Below, piece by piece: positions 18,245-29,296 of a stretch of 64,000 nt of DNA (position 1 is its first letter; each line of letters starts with the position of its first letter). The stretch is from a bacterium (GTDB lineage Bacteria > SAR324 > NAC60-12): positions 928,001 to 992,000 of the forward strand of contig CBDDTI010000747.1 in the NCBI GenBank assembly GCA_965233585.1, read 5' to 3'. Below the pieces are notes generated by a model, which did not search any database, had not been told where the DNA came from, and saw only the letters and a list, made by a program, of their open reading frames with translations. Position numbers and translations under genes: made by a program.

Positions 18245-18874
18245 ATGACTTTTAGGAAGGGCTGTTTTTTATCATTTGAAGGCATAGATGGCTGTGGCAA
18301 GACGACACAAGCCAAAAAGTTTTTTAAATGGCTTCAAGACCATCATCAACCTGCTGTTTATACAAGAGAACCCGGCGGGACGGAATTTGGTCAAAAAATT
18401 CGGGAATTGTTGTTGAGTCAACAAATGGATTTTCACAGTGAACTACTGCTTTTTTTGGCAGACCGCAGAGAGCATTTGCAACAGGTCATCTTGCCAGCTG
18501 TTCGGTCTGGCAAAGTGGTCATTTGTGATCGTTTCCATGATTCTACCATTGCCTATCAGAAGTATGGCAGGGGTCTTAATTTTGACTCCATTTGTCCATT
18601 TGTCAAGGAGTGGCTAACCCAGCCCGATAGTACATTCTTTTTGGACGTCTCCTTTGAAAAAGCCAAAGAACGTCAGCAGTGGCGTCCCGAGCAAGCCAAT
18701 CGTCTTGATGATGAATCACAGGCTTTTTTTGAACGTGTGATTGCAGGATACAGGCGACTGGCATCTCAAGAACCTCAACGCATTCACACTATCAATGCTA
18801 ATGCTTCCCAAGACGAAACCTTTCAACAAATTTTAAACAAATCAAGATTTTTGGGTGTTTCAGAAGCAATCTAG
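18245..18874 (+). CDS. tmk: Thymidylate kinase
   Basis: FEGIDGCGKTTQ, TREPGGT, ICDRFHDSTIAYQ. Confidence 0.95.
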   Translation: MTFRKGCFLSFEGIDGCGKTTQAKKFFKWLQDHHQPAVYTREPGGTEFGQKIRELLLSQQMDFHSELLLFLADRREHLQQVILPAVRSGKVVICDRFHDSTIAYQKYGRGLNFDSICPFVKEWLTQPDSTFFLDVSFEKAKERQQWRPEQANRLDDESQAFFERVIAGYRRLASQEPQRIHTINANASQDETFQQILNKSRFLGVSEAI

Positions 18875-19122
18875 CAAACCAATATCTTACCAACCCATCT
18901 AAAAAGACCTTTCAATTTTTTAAAAGAATCCGAAAGATTCCAGTTCTTGCTTATTTGATTTGGGCAAGATGTTGATTTTTTATTTTGTATTAAAATTAAA
19001 ATTTTATTGATAATAAAAGATAATTTTTTGAGATTTAGAGAGACACTTTCTTGACATTTTTGTTGGATTCATAATATCCTTATCAGTCTTTTTCGTATGT
19101 CTCTGCAACCAAAAGGAGTGTC

Positions 19123-20631
19123 ATGGCTGTACAATTTCAATACAATTACAAACTGTCTTCTTCTATGCTCAAAAAAGAAGCAGTTGCGATCTTCCTTCCC
19201 TTTCGTCCTAGCAAAGATCAAATCAAGCTGGTCTGTCATCGGGATTTATCAAGTCACGTTGAGGCTATTAGGAAAGCCATCAAAGATGACCGATTTTCTG
19301 GAAAGTTAGCTGAAGTCTTGCATCTGCCTTTTTTTGTTAATGGCAAGTTTCATCATTTGCTAGTTGGAGGTTTGGGCAAGCCTAGTGAGCTGAATGCAGA
19401 AACGTTTCGTAGGAGTGCGGGGCAGGTGATTAAGAAAGCAGTTAGCTTAAAATTGCAAAATCTTTCCATCATTGGGAATTTTGGTGCATTGCGTATTCCT
19501 GAGGATCCATTTTCTGCCATTGTGGAAGGGGGACTTTTGGCAGGTTATCGCTTTGACCAGTACAAAACTGGTGAGGAAGGGAACAAAGACCACGATTTGC
19601 AAGTGAAGATTTGTGACGTTCAAGCCTTTTCAAGCGAGCGGACTCTGCAAAGAGCAGTGGGTCTTGTAGAAGGCGTCAAGTTGGCTAGAGATTTAGGCAA
19701 CTTGCCAGCGAATGATTTGCGACCTGAAGACCTTGCTAACAAAGCTAAAGAACTGGCTGAAAAATCCAATGGAGTTCTTGATGTGAAAGTTTTAGATGAA
19801 ACAAGGCTTAAAGAGCTTGGAATGGATTTGTTTTTGAGTGTTTCCAAAGGGTCAGATGCCCCAGCCCAGTTGATTATTTTTGAATACCGTTCACCTGAAG
19901 CCAAGAAAACTGTCTCCTTCGTTGGCAAAGGAGTGACTTTTGATTCAGGGGGAATTTCTCTGAAACCCTCTAAAGGTATGGAAGAGATGAAGTTTGACAT
20001 GTGTGGTGCTGCGGCAGTGATGGGGGTGATGAATAATCTTGTGTCGCTCAAACCTAAATTGAATGTCATCGGTGTCATTGCGGCAACTGAAAATCTACCA
20101 AGTGGCACTGCACAATGCCCCGGAGACATCTGGAAAACGTATTCAGGAAAGACTGTTGAGGTCATCAATACTGATGCAGAAGGTCGTTTGATTCTTGCAG
20201 ACACTATGGCTTACGTTGTAGATCAATACCGCCCCGATGCGATGATTGACCTTGCCACGTTGACAGGGGCTTGTATTGTGGCACTTGGACATTATGCAAC
20301 AGGAATGATTGGCAACGATAGTAAACTGATGCGTGAGATTGAAAAAGCAGGGCAGGTCACAGGAGAACGAGTTTGGGAGTTGCCAAGTTTTCCAGAGTAT
20401 GAAGATGCCTTGAAAAGTGATTATGCTGATTTGAAAAATACTGGGGACGGCACAGCAGGAACGATTGCTGCGGGAATGTTCTTGAAACATTTTGTCAAAG
20501 ACACCAAATGGGCGCATTTGGACATTGCAGGGACAGCATGGGGAGTGAAAGATGTCAGCTACTTGCCCAAAGGAGCAACAGGCGTGGGTGTCAGGCTTCT
20601 TACAGAATTAGTAGAACAATGGAGTAAGTAG
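19123..20631 (+). CDS. pepA: Leucyl aminopeptidase (M17)
   Basis: VGKGVTFDSGG, MKFDMCGAA, NTDAEGRL, WAHLDIAGT. Confidence 0.95.
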   Translation: MAVQFQYNYKLSSSMLKKEAVAIFLPFRPSKDQIKLVCHRDLSSHVEAIRKAIKDDRFSGKLAEVLHLPFFVNGKFHHLLVGGLGKPSELNAETFRRSAGQVIKKAVSLKLQNLSIIGNFGALRIPEDPFSAIVEGGLLAGYRFDQYKTGEEGNKDHDLQVKICDVQAFSSERTLQRAVGLVEGVKLARDLGNLPANDLRPEDLANKAKELAEKSNGVLDVKVLDETRLKELGMDLFLSVSKGSDAPAQLIIFEYRSPEAKKTVSFVGKGVTFDSGGISLKPSKGMEEMKFDMCGAAAVMGVMNNLVSLKPKLNVIGVIAATENLPSGTAQCPGDIWKTYSGKTVEVINTDAEGRLILADTMAYVVDQYRPDAMIDLATLTGACIVALGHYATGMIGNDSKLMREIEKAGQVTGERVWELPSFPEYEDALKSDYADLKNTGDGTAGTIAAGMFLKHFVKDTKWAHLDIAGTAWGVKDVSYLPKGATGVGVRLLTELVEQWSK

Positions 20632-20635
20632 TCCG

Positions 20636-22411
20636 ATGCAGAGAACTCATTATTGCGGAGATTTGAGTCTGGAACATTTAGGTCAAGACGTGACACTTTG
20701 TGGTTGGAGTGCCTCCAGAAGAGACCACGGGGGCGTGATTTTTATTGACTTAAGCGACTATACGGGTCTTTCACAAATTGTCTTTCGTCAAGAAGTGTCC
20801 ACCAATGCCTATGAACTCGCAGATGCTTCACGCGGGGGCTATGTGTTGCAAGTGTCTGGGAAAGTGATTGCAAGAGACGCTGAAAATGTCAATCCAGATT
20901 TGCCAACAGGTGCTGTTGAAGTTTTGGCAGAATCCCTTGAAGTGCTGAACGAGTCTAAACCCTTGCCTTTTGCAACGGATGAACGTTCTCGCACAGAAGA
21001 AAAAACACGTCTGGCATTCCGTTATTTAGATTTAAGGCGTCCAGAGATGCAGAAACGTCTAAAAGTGCGTTCTCAAGCGACTCAAATCATTCGGCAGTAT
21101 TTTCACGAACGTGATTTTTTTGACATTGAGACCCCCATCTTGACTAAATCTACTCCCGAAGGTGCGCGTGATTACCTTGTCCCTTCACGCGTTCATCAAG
21201 GCACGTTCTACGCCCTGCCTCAATCTCCTCAATTATTCAAGCAACTTTTGATGTGTGCAGGGTACGACCGCTATTTTCAAATCGCACGCTGTTTCAGAGA
21301 TGAAGACTTACGTTTCAATCGGCAACCTGAATTTACACAACTTGATGTAGAAATGAGCTTTGTCTCAGAAGAAGATGTCTATACTTTGACTGAAGGATTG
21401 CTTCAAGAACTATTCAGCAAGGTCAATGGCATCAACGTTCAAACCCCGTTTCAACGCTTGAGCTATGATGTGGCGATGAATGAATATGGGTCTGATGCAC
21501 CTGATTTGCGTTTTGGTCTGAAACTGGTGGATTTAACAGAATTGAGCAAAGGCTGTGGCTTTCAAGTGTTTGCAAAAACTGCTAATCAAGGGGGAATTGT
21601 CAAAGCGATTCGTGTAGAGGGCGGTGCGCAATTTTCCAGAAAAGAGCTTGATGAGTTGACCGATTTTGTCTCGCAATATGGGGCAAAGGGCATGGCATGG
21701 GTGAAACGTCAAGAGGAAGGCTGGCAGTCGCCTATTGCCAAATTTTTTAAAGCAGAAGAACAGCAAGAGATTGAGGCAAAACTTGGTTTGCAGGTTGGAG
21801 ATTTGGCAGTGTTTGGAGCTGATGCGGAGTCAGTGGTGTTGCCTTCTCTTGGTGCGTTGCGTTGTGAAATTGCCAGAAGGCAGGGCTTGGCTTCCCCTGA
21901 TGATTACCAATTTGCTTGGGTTTATGACTTCCCTTTATTCCAACATGACTCGCAAACCAATCGTTATGTTTCTGTGCATCACCCCTTCACTCAACCCAAT
22001 CTTGAAGACTTGGAAAAATATGCTCAAAGCGATCCTGCCAAAATTCGTTCCCGTGCTTATGATGTGGTCTTAAATGGTATAGAACTAGGAGGCGGAAGTT
22101 TACGGATTCATCAATCCCAAATGCAACAGCAGATGTTTGAATTGATGGGGATCGGTGAAGTGGAAGCGAAAGAGCGATTTGGATTTCTGCTTGATGCGTT
22201 GGCTTATGGCGCACCTCCCCACGGAGGAATCGCTTTGGGAATAGATAGACTGATCATGAGCCTCACCCATTCAGAATCCATACGCGATGTCGTTGCATTC
22301 CCAAAAACACAAAAAGCATCATGTTTGATGACTCAAGCACCCTCTACTGTTTCACTGTCCCAACTCCATGAATTGCACCTACGTCAGACTGAAGTGACTG
22401 CGTCCCCCTGA
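20636..22411 (+). CDS. aspS: Aspartate--tRNA ligase
   Basis: MQRTHYCG, RYLDLRR, STPEGARDY, PQSPQLFKQLLM, GAPPHGGIALGIDR. Confidence 0.97.
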   Translation: MQRTHYCGDLSLEHLGQDVTLCGWSASRRDHGGVIFIDLSDYTGLSQIVFRQEVSTNAYELADASRGGYVLQVSGKVIARDAENVNPDLPTGAVEVLAESLEVLNESKPLPFATDERSRTEEKTRLAFRYLDLRRPEMQKRLKVRSQATQIIRQYFHERDFFDIETPILTKSTPEGARDYLVPSRVHQGTFYALPQSPQLFKQLLMCAGYDRYFQIARCFRDEDLRFNRQPEFTQLDVEMSFVSEEDVYTLTEGLLQELFSKVNGINVQTPFQRLSYDVAMNEYGSDAPDLRFGLKLVDLTELSKGCGFQVFAKTANQGGIVKAIRVEGGAQFSRKELDELTDFVSQYGAKGMAWVKRQEEGWQSPIAKFFKAEEQQEIEAKLGLQVGDLAVFGADAESVVLPSLGALRCEIARRQGLASPDDYQFAWVYDFPLFQHDSQTNRYVSVHHPFTQPNLEDLEKYAQSDPAKIRSRAYDVVLNGIELGGGSLRIHQSQMQQQMFELMGIGEVEAKERFGFLLDALAYGAPPHGGIALGIDRLIMSLTHSESIRDVVAFPKTQKASCLMTQAPSTVSLSQLHELHLRQTEVTASP

Positions 22412-22609
22412 GGTGACTTTGCCTTGATTCATCAAAATCCGTGAAGATTTAAAGGAAGCAAAAATCTTTGTCTTCTCAAAGAGGGGGCTTTGAGCTGTTG
22501 AATTTTGTACAAATTTCTTCTTGTCAAATGAATCAAAATAGTAAGGTTTTGGCAAGTAGGAAGCTCAGAAGATTTCAACCCAAGTTTTTGTAAACCATCT
22601 TTAATCATA

Positions 22610-23563
22610 ATGACCTTGAACAAACAACAAATTGACAAACATCACCGAGTCTTCATCTTAGGCTCAGGACCTTCAGGCTGGACGGCAGCCATTTATGCGG
22701 CGCGTGCTAATTTAAACCCTGCTGTGATGACAGGAGACTTACCCGGTGGACAACTCACAACTACCACTGATGTTGAAAATTACCCCGGCTTTCCTGATGG
22801 CTTAACTGGGACAGAGATGATGCAACTTTTTCAAAAGCAAGCAGAACGATTTGGCACAGCCGTTTATCAAGGAATGGTCAATGAATTAGATTTATCGCAA
22901 AGACCATTCCTTCTCAAAACGGAATCGCAAACGTTTTCGTGTGATGCACTCATCATCTCAACAGGAGCCTCTGCCAAATGGCTTGGCTTGGAATCTGAAC
23001 AACGTTTTCAAAACAAAGGTGTTTCTGCGTGTGCAACCTGTGATGGATTCTTTTTTAGAAATCAAAATGTTGGTGTTGTAGGGGGTGGAGATGTGGCGAT
23101 GGAAGATTCCCTTTATCTGTCAAATCTCTGCCAAAGCGTGCATCTCTTTCACCGCAGAGACCAGTTCCGAGCAAGCCAAGTGATGCAACAACGAGTGCTT
23201 GACAATGACAACATCACAATCCATTGGAATAGCACCGTCCATGAAGTGTTGGGAGATGACACAAAAGGCATGACAGGATTACTGATTCAAAACACTCAAA
23301 CCCAAGAGATTGTTCAGCATGACCTGACAGGTTTGTTTGTTGCCATTGGGCATATCCCAAATACTCAACCCTTCCAAAGTCAACTCCAACTTGATGACAA
23401 CGGATACATTGTTGTTGAAGCTGGCACAACCCAGACGTCAGTAGAAGGCGTCTTTGCTTGTGGGGACGTGCAAGACATCGTGTATCGTCAGGCAGTAACT
23501 GCAGCGGGGACAGGCTGTATGGCAGCTCTTGATGCGGAACGTTGGCTGGTTTCCCAAACATGA
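22610..23563 (+). CDS. trxB: Thioredoxin-disulfide reductase
   Basis: GSGPSG, GGQL, CATCDGFF active site, GDVQD..YRQA. Confidence 0.96.
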   Translation: MTLNKQQIDKHHRVFILGSGPSGWTAAIYAARANLNPAVMTGDLPGGQLTTTTDVENYPGFPDGLTGTEMMQLFQKQAERFGTAVYQGMVNELDLSQRPFLLKTESQTFSCDALIISTGASAKWLGLESEQRFQNKGVSACATCDGFFFRNQNVGVVGGGDVAMEDSLYLSNLCQSVHLFHRRDQFRASQVMQQRVLDNDNITIHWNSTVHEVLGDDTKGMTGLLIQNTQTQEIVQHDLTGLFVAIGHIPNTQPFQSQLQLDDNGYIVVEAGTTQTSVEGVFACGDVQDIVYRQAVTAAGTGCMAALDAERWLVSQT

Positions 23564-23578
23564 TGAGACAACCTTAGA

Positions 23579-24787
23579 ATGATAGAACAAGCCTGCTTTT
23601 TTGAAGAGTTCAAGAAGCCTGCAAGTGTCTTTTTTGCTCCAAATTCTCAAAATTCTGAAGTTCCAAAGTACGTTGATGAGTTTTGGACTGCCAAACAACG
23701 TCAGGCTCACAGCCTCCATGAAGTTTCATATCGTGCGTGCTTCAAACCGCAACTTCCTCACTTTTTCATCACCCAGCTGACTCAAGCAAATGATGTGGTC
23801 TATGACCCTTTTTTAGGCAGAGGAACAACTATCATTGAAGCGGCATTGCTCAATAGACAGGTCATTGGCAATGACATGAATCCGTTAAGCCAAATTTTAT
23901 GTCAGCCCCGCTTATGTCTCCCCGACCTCCAGAAGTTGGAAAATTATCTTGCACAAATTCAACTTGACCAAACATTGCAAGCAGACATGGATTTGTCTAT
24001 GTTTTATGAATCAAAAACATTAGGCGAGTTAGTTTCTTTGAAACAGCTTTTATTAGAAAAAGCCCTTCAAAACAAGCTCAATCCTTTAGACCATTGGATT
24101 AAAATGATTGCCACCAATCGCTTAACAGGACATTCCAAAGGATTTTTTTCTGTTTATTCGCTCCCCCCGAATCAAGCCGTTTCACCTGAACGTCAAGTGA
24201 AAATCAATGAAAAATATCAGCAAAAACCTGAATATCGTGATGTCAAAAAACTGATTTTGAAAAAAACCAAGTCTCTGTTAAGACAGGTCACTCAACAACA
24301 AAAACAGACACTTCAACAACAGTCTGAAACTGCATTGTTTTTGAATCAAGATGCCAGCCAGACCAAGCAAATTGCTGATGATTTTGTCAAATTAACAGTC
24401 ACGTCTCCTCCCTTTTTAAATGTTGTCCAGTATGCCCAAGATAATTGGTTGCGGTGTTGGTTCAATGGGATTGATGCAAAAAAAGTCGGTCAACAGCTCA
24501 CGATGTCAAGTTCTTTGGAACACTGGCAGGTCAAAATGCAAAATGTGTTTGATGAGCTTTTCCGAATCACTAAAACAGGGGGATATGTTGCTTTTGAGGT
24601 GGGAGAAGTCAAGAATGGGAAGGTGAAACTTGATGAGGTGATTCTTCCTGTCGGACTCAAGTCTGGGTTTCAAGCCTTAGGTGTTTTCATCAACACGCAA
24701 ACCTTTACCAAAACTGCAAACATCTGGAACATCAACAACAACAAACGAGGTACCAACACCAATCGGATTGTTCTGTTCCAAAAATAA
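23579..24787 (+). CDS. Amino-DNA methyltransferase (N4-C/N6-A type)
   Basis: SAM-binding DPFLGRGTT and catalytic VTSPPF motifs. Confidence 0.85.
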   Translation: MIEQACFFEEFKKPASVFFAPNSQNSEVPKYVDEFWTAKQRQAHSLHEVSYRACFKPQLPHFFITQLTQANDVVYDPFLGRGTTIIEAALLNRQVIGNDMNPLSQILCQPRLCLPDLQKLENYLAQIQLDQTLQADMDLSMFYESKTLGELVSLKQLLLEKALQNKLNPLDHWIKMIATNRLTGHSKGFFSVYSLPPNQAVSPERQVKINEKYQQKPEYRDVKKLILKKTKSLLRQVTQQQKQTLQQQSETALFLNQDASQTKQIADDFVKLTVTSPPFLNVVQYAQDNWLRCWFNGIDAKKVGQQLTMSSSLEHWQVKMQNVFDELFRITKTGGYVAFEVGEVKNGKVKLDEVILPVGLKSGFQALGVFINTQTFTKTANIWNINNNKRGTNTNRIVLFQK

Positions 24788-24801
24788 CAACGGAGGAAAC
24801 C

Positions 24802-25076
24802 ATGACAAAAATGTCAGAAGAATTGAAAGGCGTCATTACACAAATGTTAAAACCTTTGAAGGGCTTATCATTGGGAACTGTAATAGAAGGAATATCTGGA
24901 TATTCTGTGCTTCCTTTTGATGACAATAATGCACAAGATATAAGATGCCTAGAAGTTTTAAAAAATGTTGCAAATGAGGTGTTGATTCAAGTGAATCAAC
25001 AGGGTATTTTACGGAAGAGACCGAATGAAGTTGGCAATAAAATAGAAGATTTTGTTCGTGAAGCGTTAAGAAAATT
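24802..25076 (+). pseudogene. Truncated gene, probable cognate restriction endonuclease, cut by IS1
   Basis: GGAGG RBS 14 bp after the MTase stop; RPNEVGNKIEDFV helix suggestive of a type II REase N-terminus; frame runs into the IS IR at 25077 and no continuation is seen after the IS. Confidence 0.55.
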
Positions 25077-25836
25077 GGTATTGTTAAACTATAAGTGATA
25101 TGCGATATTAAGTTCATTTAATTGAATTGATAGTCATGGTGTAGCAATGAAGTCGTGTCCTAGATGTGAAAGTGAGAAGATGGTTAAGAATGGTTTTTTA
25201 TATGGTAAACCGAGGAGGCGTTGCAATGCCTGCAACTATCAATATACCAAGTCCTATCGTGGTCAAATCTCACCACAGATCAAAAGAAGAGCATTAGAGT
25301 TGTATTTGGAGGGTCTTGGTTTCAGGTCAATCGGTCGTTTGCTGAATTGTTCTCATGTTTCAGTTTATAATTGGGTCTGTAGTTTTGGCGAACAGCTCAA
25401 GGCATTAAGAAAGGACACAGACATTGAAATTATGGAAATTGATGAAATGCACACCTACATCCAGTCAAAAAAAACTACTGCTGGCTCTGGATTGCTGTTG
25501 ATAGATGTGGGAAGCAATTTATCAATTGTGTGCTTGGAAACAGAGACTCAAAAGCCTGTAGGCATTTATGGGACAAGGTCAAGGAAACAAAACCTCTTCA
25601 GGTGATGACTGATCACTGCAAGGCTTACAAACAAGTCATTCCCAAAGAAATTCATACATGTTCCAAGGCAGAAACATACACGATAGAAGGGTATAATTCT
25701 CTCTTGAGACATTTCTTGGCAAGAATGAGAAGGAAAACCAAATGTTACAGCAAGTCTCTTAAAGCATTACAATATTCTGTTCTTTTGTTCATGGCAAAAC
25801 GGAATAATCAGCTATCACTTATTACTTAACAATGCC
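25077..25836 (+). mobile_element. IS1-family insertion sequence, 760 bp, apparently intact
   Basis: IRs GGTATTGTTAAACTATAAGTGATA / reverse complement GGCATTGTTAAGTAATAAGTGATA. Confidence 0.92.
25147..25829 (+). CDS. IS1 InsAB transposase (programmed -1 frameshift)
   Basis: CPRC...CNAC zinc ribbon, HTH, EIDEMHTY; A8C at 25467-25475; shifted frame KNYCWLWIAVDR...MTDHCKAY...IEGYNSLLRHFLARMRRKTKCYSKS is open. Confidence 0.9.
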
Positions 25837-25876
25837 GAATTTTTTAATTTTTAAATCATAATAAAAGAATTGACGT

Positions 25877-26284
25877 ATGGAAAAAGTGTATCAAGCAGAG
25901 TATGCAGAAGGAGAGGTTTACGATTTTCAAGATGAAAGTGCCATCAAGCCTGAAGTCTTAGAGACGTTCGCCTACAGTGGACCCAAGCAAAAGGTGTGTT
26001 ATCGTCTGAATGAATTTTCTGCAGTGTGTCCATTTTCTGGGCTTCCAGATTATGGCATTGTAGAAATGACATACATTCCTGATGCCTTGTTGGTAGAATT
26101 GAAATCGCTGAAGTATTATTATCTTTCTTTCCGACAAGTTGGTTTGTTCCAAGAAGCCATCACTGCAAGGATTTTCAATGATTTGTTTCCATTGCTCAAA
26201 CCTCATGCGTTGCAGATTAAAACGATTTACAACACAAGGGGCGGCATAGACACCACTTGCGAGGTCAATTCTGACTTTCAATAG
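25877..26284 (+). CDS. queF: NADPH-dependent preQ0 reductase (preQ1 synthase, short type)
   Basis: EFSAVCPFSGLPD, VELKSLKYY, RGGI. Confidence 0.9.
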   Translation: MEKVYQAEYAEGEVYDFQDESAIKPEVLETFAYSGPKQKVCYRLNEFSAVCPFSGLPDYGIVEMTYIPDALLVELKSLKYYYLSFRQVGLFQEAITARIFNDLFPLLKPHALQIKTIYNTRGGIDTTCEVNSDFQ

Positions 26285-26310
26285 CCTTTTTCAATTCTAA
26301 TTCAATTCCA

Positions 26311-29274
26311 ATGCTCAATCGTATTGAACTTAAAATCAAACCTCATCTGATTGACCCTGCTGGGCGTCAGTACCTCAAAGAATCGCATCTTTGCGGATTT
26401 CGCAACATTCAGCAGATTCGTACTTTGCAAATTTACGTGTTGACAGGGCAAGGTTGGGGGAATTTGCAAAATCTTTGTGAAGATGTCTTTCAAGACCCCG
26501 TCTTACACGATGCTCGGGTAAACGATTTTTTTGGGGAAGTCAGTCCTTTTGATTGGTATGTAGAAATTGGATTTTTAGCAGGTGTGACAGACAATGTTGG
26601 CAGGAGTGCTAAAGAAACTTGTGAGCTTTATTTGCAACATGAGGTCAAAGGTCAAATTGACTCAAGACGTGCTTATCTTGTGCAAGGGCATTTAGACGAT
26701 GCTCAACAATGGACTGATACAGTCTTGCGAAACCCATTGATTGAATCAGCATGGGTCATTCCCAAAACCGAGTGGCAAGCACGGCATGTTGAATTGATGA
26801 AACTACCAAAGAGACAAGACAAAACAACAATTCAAATCAAACGTTTTCAACTGCCGACAAAAGATGAGGCACTAAAGGTCAGTCAAGAAAATACGCTTGC
26901 TTTGAATGAAGAAGAAGCCCAAGCGATTGTCAATTATTTTGCTGACACTCAAAGGCATCAAAAACGTCTGCAAAATGGAATCGGCACGGAAGCCACTGAT
27001 GCAGAGCTTGAACTCCTTGCTCAAACATGGTCAGAACACTGCAAACATAAAATCTTCAACGCACAAATTGAATATGAAGACCATGAACAACAAACAACGA
27101 CTGTCATTGATTCGCTGTATGAAACTTACATCAAAAAAGCGACCCAAGACGTTAGAATGCTCAAAAAAGACAAAGATTTTTGTGTGTCTGTGTTTTCCGA
27201 CAATGCAGGTCTGATAGACTTTAATGAAGACTGGTTGCTGGCTTTTAAGGTAGAAACTCACAATTCCCCTTCTGCACTTGACCCCTATGGCGGTGCATTG
27301 ACTGGCATCGTTGGTGTGCATCGGGACATCATTGGTGCAGGTCTGGGTTGCCGTGTCATTTTTAACACTGATATTTTTTGCTTTGCCAGTCCTTTTTATG
27401 AAGGAGATTTGCCCCCAAAATTGTTGCACCCAAGACGAATTTTTTCAGGCGTGCGGCTTGGAGTAGAACACGGAGGCAACAAGTCTGGAGTGCCAACCGT
27501 TAATGGTTCGCTTGTGTTTCACGAACGTTTTTTGGGCAAGCCTCTGGTGTTCTGCGGCGCAGGGGGAATCATTCCACGCAAAATCAACAACAAGCTTGCT
27601 ACTGAAAAGAAGGTGCAAGTTGGGGACTTCATCGTCATGTGTGGGGGAAGGATAGGAAAAGACGGGATTCACGGGGCAACGTTTTCTTCTGAAGTGTTGC
27701 ATGAAGGGTCTCCTTCAACTGCTGTGCAAATTGGTGACCCTATTGTCCAAAAACGTATGAGTGATTTTTTATTGAAAGCTCGTGATTTGGGATTGTACCG
27801 ATGTATTACAGACAATGGAGCAGGTGGGCTGGCATCTTCAGTGGGAGAGATGGCACAACTTTCAGGCGGGTGTTTGATTGATCTGGCAAAAGCTCCTTTG
27901 AAATATGAAGGACTTCAACCTTGGGAAATCTTGGTTTCAGAAGCACAGGAACGTATGACGCTTGCTGTTCCTGTTGAAACAAGTGATGAATTGTTACAGC
28001 TTTCAAAGGTAATGGGAGTGGAGTCCACCATTTTAGGAACATTTGACAATTCGGGATATTTTCATGCGGTTTACAAAGAGGAGTCTGTCGTTTTTCTGGA
28101 GATGGAGTTTTTGCATCATGGATTGCCAACGATGAAACTGCATGCGTCATGGCAAGCCCCTGTTTTGCAAGATGCTTTGTTTCCCGAACCTGATGACCTC
28201 ACCGAAGAACTGAAGCAAGTGCTGGCAAGGCTTAATGTGTGTAGTAAAGAAAGCATTGTTCGTCAGTATGACCACGAAGTGCAGGGGGGAAGTGTGATTA
28301 AACCTTTTGTTGGGGAACACAGCGACAGTCCAAGCGATGCCACTGTGATTCGCCCTTTGCTTGATTCTATGGAAGGCGTGGCAATTTCTCATGGCATTTG
28401 CCCACGATATAGCGACATTGACACCTATGCAATGACGGCATGTGCAATAGATGAGGCTGTGCGTAATCTGGTTGCTGTTGGGGCTTCTTTAGAAAACATT
28501 GCGGCTCTTGATAATTTTTGCTGGTGCGACCCTGTGGAGAGTCAAAATAATCCTGATGGTGCATACAAATTGGCTCAACTTGTCAGGTCAAACCAAGCAC
28601 TTTATGATTATTGTCTGATGTATCAAATCCCTTTGATTTCAGGAAAAGACAGCATGAAAAATGATTATCACTTTGAAAATATCAAAATCTCCATTCCCCC
28701 AACCTTGCTTATCAGCACAATCGCTAAGGTGGACGATGTGACAAAATTGGTAACCATGGATGCTAAGCAGGCAGGTGACCTTGTCTATTTAATTGGAGAC
28801 ACAAAAAATGAATTAGGAGGGTCTGAATACTTTGACTTACACGGGGTGCTTGGCAAACACGCCCCTCAAGTTGACGGACAAACTGCTAAAATCCGTTACC
28901 AAGCCATTTATCAAGCCATTCAACAAGGATTGCTTCAATCTTGCCATGACTGTTCTGATGGAGGTGTTGCCGTCTCTTTAGCAGAGGTTGCTTTTGCAGG
29001 AGACTTAGGAATGGATTTAGATGTGGAAAAGCCTTGTCACAACCTTCGTCTTGATGAGTTTCTTTTTTCAGAATCAGCAAGTCGTTTTGTTGTCACCGTC
29101 TCGCCTAAACATCAACAAGATTTTGAACGCCTTTTGACACAACAATCTTACTTTTATCTTGGCAAGACTACAAAAAATCGGCTGTTTCAAATACGTTATG
29201 CCCAACGTGACGTGATTCTTGCACCAATCCAAGAGCTTAAAACTGCATGGCAAGCGCCTTTGCAAGAATTTTAA
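26311..29274 (+). CDS. purL: Phosphoribosylformylglycinamidine synthase PurL with N-terminal PurS-like extension
   Basis: QTWSEHCKHKIF, KVETHNSPSALDPYGGA, DNGAGG, SEAQERM, QYDHEV, ISGKDSM, HDCSDGG. Confidence 0.93.
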   Translation: MLNRIELKIKPHLIDPAGRQYLKESHLCGFRNIQQIRTLQIYVLTGQGWGNLQNLCEDVFQDPVLHDARVNDFFGEVSPFDWYVEIGFLAGVTDNVGRSAKETCELYLQHEVKGQIDSRRAYLVQGHLDDAQQWTDTVLRNPLIESAWVIPKTEWQARHVELMKLPKRQDKTTIQIKRFQLPTKDEALKVSQENTLALNEEEAQAIVNYFADTQRHQKRLQNGIGTEATDAELELLAQTWSEHCKHKIFNAQIEYEDHEQQTTTVIDSLYETYIKKATQDVRMLKKDKDFCVSVFSDNAGLIDFNEDWLLAFKVETHNSPSALDPYGGALTGIVGVHRDIIGAGLGCRVIFNTDIFCFASPFYEGDLPPKLLHPRRIFSGVRLGVEHGGNKSGVPTVNGSLVFHERFLGKPLVFCGAGGIIPRKINNKLATEKKVQVGDFIVMCGGRIGKDGIHGATFSSEVLHEGSPSTAVQIGDPIVQKRMSDFLLKARDLGLYRCITDNGAGGLASSVGEMAQLSGGCLIDLAKAPLKYEGLQPWEILVSEAQERMTLAVPVETSDELLQLSKVMGVESTILGTFDNSGYFHAVYKEESVVFLEMEFLHHGLPTMKLHASWQAPVLQDALFPEPDDLTEELKQVLARLNVCSKESIVRQYDHEVQGGSVIKPFVGEHSDSPSDATVIRPLLDSMEGVAISHGICPRYSDIDTYAMTACAIDEAVRNLVAVGASLENIAALDNFCWCDPVESQNNPDGAYKLAQLVRSNQALYDYCLMYQIPLISGKDSMKNDYHFENIKISIPPTLLISTIAKVDDVTKLVTMDAKQAGDLVYLIGDTKNELGGSEYFDLHGVLGKHAPQVDGQTAKIRYQAIYQAIQQGLLQSCHDCSDGGVAVSLAEVAFAGDLGMDLDVEKPCHNLRLDEFLFSESASRFVVTVSPKHQQDFERLLTQQSYFYLGKTTKNRLFQIRYAQRDVILAPIQELKTAWQAPLQEF

Positions 29275-29296
29275 GCAACTTCAAAATCTGACCTTT

